From Enoplolaimus lenunculus (Eukaryota), in NCBI GenBank assembly GCA_030248215.1, contig JASANG010004131.1:1-64000 (forward strand): 64,000 nucleotides of DNA. The letters are read 5' to 3'. Under the pieces are notes generated by a model, which did not search any database, was not told the DNA's origin, and saw only the letters and a list, made by a program, of their open reading frames with translations. Positions 40,190 through 50,993 of this stretch are shown piece by piece; the stretch's first letter is position 1; each line of letters begins with the position of its first letter. The position numbers and the translations under genes are program-made.

Positions 40190-40466
40190 AGCCCTATTTA
40201 CACGTGCAAACTTTTGCTGTGAGATGTTGCAGCTGCAACTTGCACTTGCAAAGTTTGTCCAAAATCCCGTTCGAAAAACTTGCAGCTGCAAATAATTCAT
40301 TAAAAATCATAGCTAGGAATATTTAGTTTACATATGAGAATAACCATGCAAGTTCACTGAATTTATGGCAGCCGCTTTCTCATTGGCTTATGAAAAAATG
40401 CAGGTTCTGCGTGCAATTTACAGCTGGAAGTTCTCGCAGCAAAAACTTGCACGTGGGAATTGGACT
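40190..40466. mobile_element. PIF/Harbinger-like MITE
   Basis: ~55-bp imperfect TIRs (gccctatttacacgtgcaa... / ...ttgcacgtgggaattggac) with TWA-like flanks. Confidence 0.6.
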
Positions 40467-40829
40467 TTAGCGACTTTGTGATGAAGTTTTGGGCAAAAAA
40501 AGTATACGTTTTTTACTATTTTGTTATTTTGATGGTTTTAAAATCGACGATTTGAAATTGTTTTGAAAATTAAGGTGGGCATGGATAATTTAAGAGTGTA
40601 TATCTTTAGGTAAAGGCTAAAAATATATCTTGCTTTTCGCTCGCCAAAGGATCTTTCACTACTCTATACCTCTCAGTTTTATGGTTCCAAAGGCGCAGTT
40701 TAATTGTGTTTCGTAAAATACGTGTTGTAAAGCAAGATTTCGGACTACAAAAACTGCGTATCATTTCTCGCTTTCGAGGTTTTCTTCAACTACCAAAAAA
40801 ACAGGTCGCATGTATCGGAAAAGAGTAAA

Positions 40830-41205
40830 CAGGGTGCAACCGGAATTCCGGTTCCGGTAGAGAAATCCGGTACTTTTCACATCCGGTTCCGGTAATAAAT
40901 CCGGTATTTTTTCACCGGAATTTTTATCTCATTCGAAAATTTAAGAAAAATTGGCATCAAACTGTTTGAGCGTGTATTGCCAAAAATTTCAATTTGTATC
41001 AAACTCCATATAGTTTGTCATGTGTTTTCACGTACTGCATTTGTTTCAGCATTTTGGCACTCTAACTTGTGTGCTTACAGCATTAAAAGCGATAAAATAG
41101 CGTTAAAAATGTATTTTTTCACAACAAGTATTATTTAATATTTTCCGGTTCCGGCATATTTATAACTATCCGGTTCCGGTATTTTATAATTCCGGTTGCA
41201 CCCTG
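40830..41205. mobile_element. hAT-like MITE family E (different interior)
   Basis: cagggtgcaaccggaatt...aattccggttgcaccctg, 18-bp TIR. Confidence 0.85.
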
Positions 41206-41415
41206 ATAATAAGATAGCTGCTTTACAAATTTGTACTTTTGTACCACGACAATTGCATCAGGCTTCTCGCTCGCAACATTGTTTCACAACATAAATTGAG
41301 GTCGCCGTCAGAAATAGTTTATGGACCCGGCACCGTTAACTGTTGTCCAGAGAGCGACAATGAATGGGAATGCGTTTCTTTCCGCTGATCATGTAAAAAT
41401 TGTTGATACCTCTCT

Positions 41416-41594
41416 CAGGGTGCAACCAAAGGTGAAATATACCGGAGCTGGAGCCGGAACAGATAAATTTTGTGCAACTGTGAAAAATCTCACAAACCGA
41501 AATTGACGGAACCTCAGGCAAAAATTGTACCGGAACCTGAGCCGGAGGTCGGGTTTCTGCCCAAGTCGGAAGCGGAGGCCGGTTGTACACCCTG
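41416..41594. mobile_element. hAT-like MITE family E, short copy
   Basis: cagggtgcaacc...ggttgtacaccctg. Confidence 0.75.
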
Positions 41595-41771
41595 TCATCT
41601 GTATGCCAAAGTCATGTTTTTGTTTGTACATTTTACGACTAATATATGCCAAACATTTTCAGTGTTTCATGCGAAAATTTAGTGTATACAAAAATATATC
41701 AGTGACGGATGTAAGATTTTCTTGCAAGGGGATCCGAAGCTGGATTTTTTTATCGGCCCATGTTACTTTTC

Positions 41772-41925
41772 GGGCGTCCAGGTTTCTGGTGGGTCTATAA
41801 AAGAGTAGGTTTAAATTCTAGATTACAGTTTTTGCTTAGGCTTAGGCTTAGGCTTAGGAACACATTTTTGCAACACTTAGGCTCAGCCTTCGGCTTACAA
41901 ATACGCATAATCTACTGTTACGCCC
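41772..41925 (+). mobile_element. Kolobok-like TTAGGC MITE copy
   Basis: gggcgtccaggtttctggtgggtctataaaagagta...ctactgttacgcccc. Confidence 0.7.
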
Positions 41926-42690
41926 CGAAAAGTAACATTGGCCATAGTGCCGCTTCTAGGGTATCCGACACCACCCGTCTGAGATGCGAGATGGGACCCC
42001 GATTGGGGACATTTTATGATCTTGCGAAACATGGAAAAAGTTTAAAATTGTTACACCGACATCGACACAGCTCACGATAGAGACGACCGAGAAGCGAACA
42101 AGATTTTTTATTAAACCTCACTGCAATGTTCTAGTTAGGTTAGAATCGGACGTAATATATTAGAGTTCTAAATTCTTTAACCCGTTTCTGGGGTCAAACC
42201 ATTTGTTTGCGACGCTATAATGAGTAAGCCGAGCTGAAGACTAATTTTTTTGCTTAGGCTTACATCACTTTTTAAATCCTTACGCTGCGGCATAGACTTT
42301 GGCTTACGTTTAGGAATATGTTTTAGCACATATTTAACACAACGAAATCCTCCAAATAAAATGGTAAATGAAAGTTACAGGATGCAACGAAGGGTAAAAA
42401 CAAAGGTTAAAACCGGAGATTAACCAAATTGAATAATAACAATTAAATATGTTGTATTTGTTTACTAAATTCTAACAGTAAAATACAAAGTACAATTAAT
42501 ATTGACCAAACGTTATTTTAGAGAGTTTCTATTTTAGACAAATATCCATAGTCAATGAATTTTGGTCTAAAATTAAACCACACTAAGCACATCATTTTTG
42601 AGAGTATACGCGGCTTGTGTATGTGCAGTGTGTGATGTTATGACATATACATGCTCGTGCACAAATACCACCAGAGGAAATTAGGATATC

Positions 42691-42765
42691 GGCCGCGTGG
42701 GGTCATGGGTAGCGCGCTTGAGACTCGCGAGCGAGAGGTCCGAGGTTCGATTCCCGGCGTGGCCA
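42691..42765 (+). pseudogene. tRNA pseudogene or tRNA-derived SINE head (loop CT-CGC-GA, Ala-like)
   Basis: Fully paired 7-bp acceptor stem GGCCGCG/CGTGGCC plus discriminator A; B box GGTTCGATTCC. D, anticodon and T stems are disrupted. Confidence 0.65.
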
Positions 42766-44207
42766 TATCTTTCCGAGAAATTAAGGGGAAAACTAATTAT
42801 ATTCGCAGTATTTTGGGGAATGGGGTCATCCCAACTGTGCAGTTTTGACAATTTTTATACAACGGTAAGTTTAACTACCGAAATTGTCAAAACCACTATG
42901 GTAACAATTCTACACCGGAGCCGGAGTTCGATTTTCTACAGACGCCAGTGTCGTACCACTGTTGATAGCATAACGCATGACATATTACAACCGGACGCCT
43001 TAGTCCAGCTCTGGCATCATTTCTGCCGTTATTTTGGCCAACTTCGATAGTGAAATTTTGCATAGTTTTACAAAATTTTGTCGTTGGTGCGTTTGGTTTT
43101 AGCTTTTGATACAAGATTGAAAAAACCTGTCGGAATTTTTGAATCAGCAAGCCCAAAACCACAATTATTGACAACACTTGACAGTTAGAGATATTTGACC
43201 AAATTACCAAATTCAGATTTTGTCCATTTCCACATCCGGCACCCGTAAGTTTTGTTGTTGAACTCCGGCCCCGTTTCGACTGGCCAGACCATAGTGAGCG
43301 TGGGCCATTTTATCTGCCTACTTTTACCTTCGCCTACATCCAGTTTCGGTTCCGGCTAGTTTTCTCACGGACACGGGAACATTTTTTCTATAGGTAGGGT
43401 CGGGTCAAACAAAGGTTCGCAACCAATGGTCAAATAGTGCGGCGGTATCAGGTTCAAGATAAAAGCAAGAAATTTTACAGAGAGGCCTGTCCACTGGGAC
43501 ACAGGAAGACTGGAACTTAGCGACTAGAAACATACGGCTTGGCTTATGTTTAGGTCAGCACTTAGGCTAAAGGCTGCAGGTTAAGGCTTAGCCTTAGGCT
43601 TAGGCTCAGTTGGCAGACCGTTATAGTTTATAAAGGCCTGGATTATAGGGCGATTCTTAGCGTTTTTTCTAACAAGCAAAAATTATTGGTGAGTAAGCCA
43701 ACATTTTCAGCGTTTATCATGTTTCGATAAGTCATGATGTTGTCGACATTACCCAGTAGAAACGAAACTTTTAGTGCAGTGCAATAGATTCTACGGTTTA
43801 GAAAGTGTCTGCTGGGTTTGAAATCACTAAAATTTTTAGTTAACTTTTATAGACAACGAATGCTTAAGTTTTGCTGAAAGCAGGTAGGGCGTTATATGCT
43901 AACCTCACTAGCTGGCACTGTGATATCTCAACTGCATTATTCGAAAATGTCACTATACTTAAATATATGTGTGTGAATGGTAATCATGAGCCGTATTTTC
44001 AACTGCGTGCAGCACATATCACTAGTTTACGTTCTCAAACAACTCAACTCGTGCAGCTTGGGTTTCCAAAGCGCTTTTAATTCAAATATGTAAATTTTCG
44101 ACCGCAGCCATTCAATTGGTTCTTTAAAGTTTACACGACGTGCGACGCGAGCTGGTTATAGGTGCTACACACATTTGAGAATATTCACTATAAATTACAA
44201 CAATATC

Positions 44208-44486
44208 TTATGGTTTTCTTCCCGCACCAAGTCCCGGAACACGAAATTGATCCTTTTGAGCTCCGCTGTCGCTTCCGTACACACGCTTTGGTCCACGATT
44301 GCTATCAGGAGGTACGGCGCAAAATGATCGTATTGCCAAATACAGCAAAAACACAGCGATTCCAATATAAGCCGAAACTGTTATAACAATGGTAATAATG
44401 CGTAAATCGTTCAAATACGAAGCCATATTGTGCAAATCGTCAAGCGCACGAAGCATTTTAGGATAATCTTCAGCCAGGTTGTCCAT
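44208..44486 (-). CDS. Small single-pass membrane protein, 92 aa, unknown function
   Basis: ATG in good context (aaactATGG) 26 nt after an acceptor-like ttttatAG. Amphipathic N-terminus, a clear ~23-aa hydrophobic span (IITIVITVSAYIGIAVFLLYLAI), juxtamembrane RSFC and a basic G/P-rich tail. Confidence 0.55.
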   Translation of the reverse strand: MDNLAEDYPKMLRALDDLHNMASYLNDLRIITIVITVSAYIGIAVFLLYLAIRSFCAVPPDSNRGPKRVYGSDSGAQKDQFRVPGLGAGRKP

Positions 44487-46730
44487 AGTTTGCCAGTTTT
44501 GGTTTACAGTTGCTATAAAATTTCAACCGACGCCGCTAAAAGTACGCTATCGTTAAATGCTTGTTTAGATAGGTACTAGAAGCTGAAAAGTGGTACATGT
44601 TGTTCAGTGTTTTTAAAGCGTGTGATACTAATGGTTTTAGCGTCAAAATTTTTTATTTTCCCTAAAACACTGGGTGATGGACTATTTTTTAGGGTTCGAA
44701 TAATCGATAATTAGCAGGGCTTAAGCCGATGTCTGTCGTCTGCGTTTGGATCCGGTCCTGTAGTTGTGTGTAGCACAGAATTAAATTTTATTTTTTTCGT
44801 ATTTTTATAAACGCTCTGTCGCTCAGCAAGTTTGGGTTTTTATTTCGGAAGGCAAATTTCGAAACTTTAATTGCCAAGATGTATCAAAAAATAAACGTTT
44901 AACAATTACTTTTTGACAATGCAAAACCGAAAATTTGTTCACAGCTTAGATCTTCTGGCAATTCGCGATTACGGTGTCATTCTTCGAACTAGGCGGTGCA
45001 ATCGCCAGTTGGCAACAAAGGCGTCGCGACCACCCCCCATACCTCCCAATTGGGTTCGGACCACATAGGTCTGGGGCGCTCACTTTAGGGAAAAATGTGT
45101 TACAAAACAAACCTATTTATATTTTTCGCAATTGTTAGGAACTTTATTCGAAATACTTTAGGTAGAATATTACAAGCCTTGGCAGCAAATTCAGAGTTAC
45201 CCAATTATCGATTTTAAAATGATCTTTATTTTGGCGAAAGAACAGCATTGAGGTCAAAGCGATTGATCGAAGTTTAATTTTTGCTATTTTAGTTTTGCAA
45301 TACCGCTTAACCTTAAATTGTAACCCTGTAAGTGATTCGACTATTTTGAACTTTTCTAAAGTTGAGTCTGGCGAAAACATGTGGACCATAATTCTGCTCA
45401 TTGCGGCGCTGAAGGACCTTGTAATCGTTCACCATAGGCTCTGTCTTTTAGGTATGCAAACACTGATATATAGCCATCCCTATTGCGAAAATGGTCCGCG
45501 TACAAAGAACTGCCGGCAGACTTAACACTTAAGCCTCCGCTACAGTTACAGTTGTGGATCGTACCGCGGTTTTAAAACGCGATTTCTGTCGTGTCGCACA
45601 AGTTTCTAAGTTTACAAAATCCTTCAAATTCAGCGCCTTATCCAGGCCTAGAACCAACTCAGCTTACTAGGATTGCTAATCGTGTTCAGGACGGGCGGAC
45701 AAGACATTTTGGTGACTTACAAGCAAGGATGCAAATTTTTTAAGGGTGGGGGCAAAATTCTTCCAGAGAGGCTAAACCATCCATGGCATACCTCTGCCTA
45801 CGAGCTCGTGCCTATTTTGGACCGAAGTGAATGTCTCGCCTTATCACTTATTGGTTAAAACTGAAAACTGTAACGCGTTAAAAGTTGAATAAAAACACGA
45901 TTATGAAACAATTGCAGAGTGCATAATGAACAGCTTAATTGAACAGCATTACATTTCCCTATCTTGCAGCTTTCTCATACACTCGCAGCTGGCTCTGGTG
46001 AATCCAGGGGAACTGCTAACACGGCCATGACCCCGCAACAGGGATCAAAACCAACATTTTGTATTAGGATTTAGCACTTTAATTTTGCCTAGCATTTGCT
46101 AGCTTAGCTTGTAAGTTTATTTGCAATATATATTGCGCACAGTTTGGCCCTCTCGTCCGAAATGTATTGTGCTGTTTACTGACCGCCATAATCAGTTTAA
46201 ATATACGATAAGCGAAGAAAACTAACAGTATAAATGCACTGTTCAGAGCTCTTTTTACATCTTGCTGAACGCGGTAGTGAAAGATGTGTTTATCAGTGGT
46301 CTCCGATGTAAAGACAACCTAAAGTGCGAGTGCATTCAGGTTATATTTTAGTGCCATACCAGTGGTGGATCCAGAAATTTTCGAAAGGGAAGCCGAATGA
46401 GAACGGGGAAAAGAAAGAAACCTGGAGCCAAACGCCATTTTAGCGCCAAACCCAAATAGAAAATTTTGGTTTCGGTCCCTGTTGGGGGCCTGGGTGGCCC
46501 CTCTTGGTCTATCAGTGAAAGGTTTTTTTAAAAATATGACCCATGTTGGTTTGAGAAGAGAACTAGGCATACTAAACCTTCGTCTAATTGAAATTGTAGA
46601 CTCGGCGTTTCATTACTATGTAGCAAAACTATTACTTTTTTGTTTACGACATTGGCTCACATTTTGGCGTTTATTTCTTTTTGCTCGTAAAGTTAAGTAA
46701 CTTAAGTCGGCGAATTAAGAATTACTAAAG

Positions 46731-47178
46731 TACTGTATTGACCCGAATAAGTGGGGAGCACTGATATTTATTTGGCCTCTCCACAGGGTACCCCCTTGTT
46801 ATTCGGTTACGGACTGTTATTTATTTTTAACCCACGCTCCGCCGCCCTTCGTTACTGATATATATCCGGTACTGCAATTATCCGTTGAATTAGACATTTA
46901 TTTGTCGTGTGTCAATAGCTTGAGCGATAATACAAGGTAATAATTATGAATGCACTTGCAAAATTTAGGTACGCTTTAAAGTTTCGAACTCAAATTATTT
47001 GGTCCTGGAGCCATTTATGCGCTAAAATTAGGGATAATTGACATTTATGGACTCTAATTAAGATTTAGGGACTGTATCCGCTTACGGACTCTTATTAGGA
47101 ATACGGACTCCTATTGATTTGGACTCAAAATGGGAACCGTCCTCTTTTTACCCCCCTCTTATTCGGGTCAATACAGTA
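46731..47178 (+). mobile_element. Tc1/mariner (Tc2-like) MITE family C, ~450 bp
   Basis: TA|CTGTATTGACCCGAATAAG ... CTTATTCGGGTCAATACAG|TA, perfect TIR with TA TSD. Confidence 0.9.
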
Positions 47179-47664
47179 TAAACTTTAGTATTTGCTAAGT
47201 TTTGCTTAAAAGTAACTTGCTTAAGTCATGTCTTAAGTAAATTCTTAACCTTTTGGACAAAAAGAAAGAATTGTAAATTATGGAGCATTGCCATTAATAC
47301 AAAAAAGCTATAGGTTTACTTTATACTAAAGCTTTATACTAAAAAGATCCCGTAAGGCTACAATCTCAACTGAACCAGAGATAGTATCCAAGAACTGTTA
47401 GACTGCATATCATTGATTTTTAAGTGACTTAAGATTTACTTAAACTTAAGTACGCTTTAAGAAACGATAAATTTTTCAAGAGTATTTGCATACCAAATAC
47501 TTAATTATGAAGTCATACTTACGAAATGTTTCATGAACCCAATCAATGGCCGTGTTTCTGAAATTTTACTTCAATATTAACTTAAGTTTTGCTAAGTCAG
47601 ACATAAAGCTTTACTAATTCAAAACATAAATATTGTGAAGTGCACGGCAAATGTGAGTAAGTGC

Positions 47665-47830
47665 AAGACCCGTAGCCAGCTCACCTTGCAAGGAGGGCTA
47701 AAAGTTTTCCAGGAGGGGCACACAAGGGTTTTTAATGATTTAATAAAAGCAAGGTTGAAAATATTCTAGGGGGGGTCAAATTTTTTCCAGATGCGCTGAG
47801 CTCCCCTGCCTTCCCTTGGCTACGGGACCG
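47665..47830. mobile_element. hAT-like MITE family B
   Basis: gacccgtagccagc...ggctacgggaccg; flanks gtaagtg duplicated. Confidence 0.8.
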
Positions 47831-49257
47831 GTAAGTGAGCAACCTGGATGCAATACTAAAAAATGAAACCTATAAGTTACCAATATTTTGACCCGGCTTA
47901 AGATAAAAGCATAGAATTATGTTTAGGATCACGTTTTACACTTAGAAAAAGACTTAATCTTACGTAGGCGGTTGACAAGTTAATTGCATGCCGCCGAAGT
48001 GTCATATGTCGAAATATCGTCGTAGCTTCAAGTGATATATACCGCATATTTGCCTTACATACATTCATTATATACGTTGGGTAAGTCTATTTTATGGTCA
48101 ACGAACCTTTTAAGCCAAACGAGTCAAAGGTAGAACCATGGTGATTATATGTTTAAACTGGTTAAACTTACTTGAGTTCTCAGGCAAGCAACACGAAGCA
48201 TATACGTTTACGATATGAGATCAACCTTGATACGAGCTGTGTATAAGTTTCAATGCATTTCAGATACACCGTTGCGTAAATTTGTTAGCCAATGTATACA
48301 AATGGACCAAACAGTAGTATAAGCATATTCATAAGCCTTAACCTAAGCATAAGTAAAAAATTCTCTAAAGCTTAAGCTTACTCTGTTGTGTTCCCGTAGA
48401 AAAACATTCCGTCCTTGATTTTTACATGGGTCAATTTGCTAGACGTATTACTAACTGGTGATATATGCTACAAGTTCAGTATACTGACGCACGCCTGGCC
48501 AGATAAATGTGTTAAGGATTTTTAAACCTGTTTATATTCTAAAGTTTAACCATATCTAGGGTGGTATACAAAGGGAGTGATAGGAGGATATTGCCCTATA
48601 AGAAATGTCTAGTTACGCACAGGTCCGGGATTAGAAAAGTCGCGTGCCTCCGTACAGGTCCGAAGGGGCCCAATAAAATGTTTCACAACAGTTTTGCTTC
48701 GAGGTCCGTGAACAACTTTAGTTTGCCAATATGGGCACACTAAGGGTCGTCACCAATTGGCGGTTTGGGGACGCTTCCGCCGGTATTGGCTAGTAGTGAT
48801 TTAGTTCCGGTTTACTTCTGACCAATCACCAACAACGAATTGAGAACAACACTAGGGTTCGCTAGCACTGCACCGCCAAATGTTGCATTAATTTTAGAAA
48901 TCAATTGCACAACAGTTATTACAAACAATGTTCACCAATATGAGACGATCCGAAGCCAGCCTGGCGGTCTAAGGGGCAAACAAATTTCAGAAGGAGCGTG
49001 CGAAATTTTACATCATTTATAAACTAGGATAAAGCTTTTAGAAAGGGCGTAATTTTTCTTAAGGGTTGATTTGGGCAAGCCTCCATCTGGCTACGTACCC
49101 GTCAACAGACGGCTTCGACCGAATAAAAACAAATAATTTCATTATTTTTGTGAGTGCGAGACGATAAAATCTTGATGCTGGTGCAGAACTATCTTCTTAC
49201 TAAGCGACTTAGTTGTTGAAAAATCTGAAACAAAGAGTTAGCATATATTGAAGTAAT

Positions 49258-49830
49258 CGTTTGCCCAAAAATGGTTCTATTTTGAAAATTTTCCATTTTT
49301 AGCGTCTCATAATTTCCCCTGATCATTGCACGCCTAAAAATTGGAATTTTTGAAAAATTCGATTTTTAAGGTCCCAAGGTCCCCCTTGTAATTCAAAAAA
49401 TTTTGTGCCAAACAGTTTGACAACTTATGTACATGATTCCATGCAGCTGTCGGAGCTGACTACAATGGCGTTAAATGTTTTGCAATCAAACGATCCGTTA
49501 ACGAGATATGGCTAAATAACTAACTGATTTGGCGGATTGCAAACGATTTGACACCGCGCCAAATCAGTTATTTAGCCATAACTCGTTAGTCACTCACAAA
49601 ATTGCGGAAAACTTAACACCATTCAGCTCAGCTCTGCACGCTGCATCGAATGGTGTATAATTTTACCAAACTTTTTGACAAAAATTTTGTTGGGTACCGA
49701 GGGGGCACATTGGGACCTTAAATATGCGAATTTTTCAGAAATTCACATTTAGGCGTGAAATGATCAGCGGAGGTTATGAGAAGCTGAAATACACAAAAAT
49801 TCTCAAAATCAAACCATTTTTGGACAAACG
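49258..49830. mobile_element. ~570-bp foldback (near fully palindromic) element
   Basis: cgtttgcccaaaaatggtt... / ...aaccatttttggacaaacg, with arms pairing inward to a centre at about 49535-49555. Confidence 0.85.
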
Positions 49831-50134
49831 CAGCCTGGACGGATGGAAAAGAACCTTTTATTCTAGATGCCAAATTACTCAATCCATGTGCTAAAATTTG
49901 CGAGCGCTATTTCTGAGACAGTTTCGTTGCCGTCCATTTTAAAGGCAGATAAACTTCGAGGTACGTATTTCAGAAGTTTGGAGAAATTAATTTAAAACAG
50001 TCAGCTGTTCTTGCAAACGTAACAAGCTGGTTGAATTTTAGTCTTGCAACCACGTATTCATTTTGTTAACTGAGCATCAATACGACATATTAGAAACCAT
50101 TTTTAAAGTGTTTCATTGAACATTAATATTGACG

Positions 50135-50140
50135 TTTATT
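50135..50140 (-). other. Candidate polyadenylation signal (AATAAA) for the BH3 ORF
   Basis: tttatt on + strand, about 107 nt past the stop codon. Confidence 0.25.
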
Positions 50141-50246
50141 GAGACGTACCACGTCTCTGTAACCTTTCAGGGGCTGCTTGTTTTGTCAATACGCAGAAAA
50201 CGTGTCATTAATTATTTTTTCGAGAGATCAAATCCTGAACCTAACT

Positions 50247-50993
50247 TTAGTTTAAAATCGAATTACTAACCCACCGGGAACACGCTTTCATTTCAGTGTC
50301 AGCGATCTGCCAAATTGGAATGGGAACACGACTTTGATCGATTTCATCGCCAATTTGAGCAAGACGCCGCCCAACCCGCCTGCATACGTCCAGCGACTCT
50401 TGTGACATCATATTGTGATGGTTGTCTGACAAGTTATCAATTTCAGCGGCGGCTGACTCCATTGACAATGATGGCGCCGATGTGTTAGGCTTTGGTTTAG
50501 GCTTAGGCTTTATTGGTATTTCGTATGTAGACATAGTTTGTACTGACGAGTAGTTTTGTGATATACCACGTAATAAAACCAGATTCGAATCGGATAAACT
50601 TTTGTTTAGTGGTGTGTTTTGGCTCATAGAACCTACTTTCGTATATTGGTACGGAATGCGGTGCGATTCGGCGTTGTCCTTCGGTCCTCGAGATGTCAAA
50701 ATGACAGGAATGTTGACTTTATTGGAAAGTTGTGTTTGATTGTGATTGATCCGCTGTGGAAACCATTGGCACTGAAATGTCAAATCGGTTTCGTTCGGCA
50801 TTACGTTCGATTCATTCTTATTGGCTTGCGTCTGTCTCTTTTTCTTATCGACTCCCTTCTGTCCAATGCGCTTGCAGCTTTCAATTTCCAAAATACGGCT
50901 TTGATGTCTTGAAAGACACTTTGCATCACAGCTGGTTCGCGAAATCTCGGGCAACGACAACGCTTTGATCAGGCAATAATTTTCATTGGTCAT
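50247..50993 (-). CDS. Probable BH3-only (Bcl-2 family) pro-apoptotic protein, 248 aa from the first in-frame ATG (MTNENY...); may be one large exon of a spliced gene
   Basis: Longest non-repetitive ORF in the window. Contains VGRRLAQIGDEID (50337-50375), matching the BH3 consensus phi-xxx-L-xx-phi-G-D-x-phi (cf. Bak VGRQLAIIGDDIN, mouse Bid IARHLAQIGDEMD). The rest is S/N/Q/K/P-rich with no BH1 (NWGR) or BH2. The ORF-track start at 51011 is a TTG; there is an in-frame TAA at about 51066-51068. Possible splice donors (CG|GTGGGT, TGG|GTTAGT) at about 50270-50275. Confidence 0.75.
   Translation of the reverse strand: MTNENYCLIKALSLPEISRTSCDAKCLSRHQSRILEIESCKRIGQKGVDKKKRQTQANKNESNVMPNETDLTFQCQWFPQRINHNQTQLSNKVNIPVILTSRGPKDNAESHRIPYQYTKVGSMSQNTPLNKSLSDSNLVLLRGISQNYSSVQTMSTYEIPIKPKPKPKPNTSAPSLSMESAAAEIDNLSDNHHNMMSQESLDVCRRVGRRLAQIGDEIDQSRVPIPIWQIADTEMKACSRWVSNSILN

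Noticed and set aside
44487..50275. Direct splicing of the BH3 exon to the TM ORF
   Set aside because: Donor phases (0 or 2) do not match the phase-1 acceptor at about 44513; not supported without an intermediate exon.
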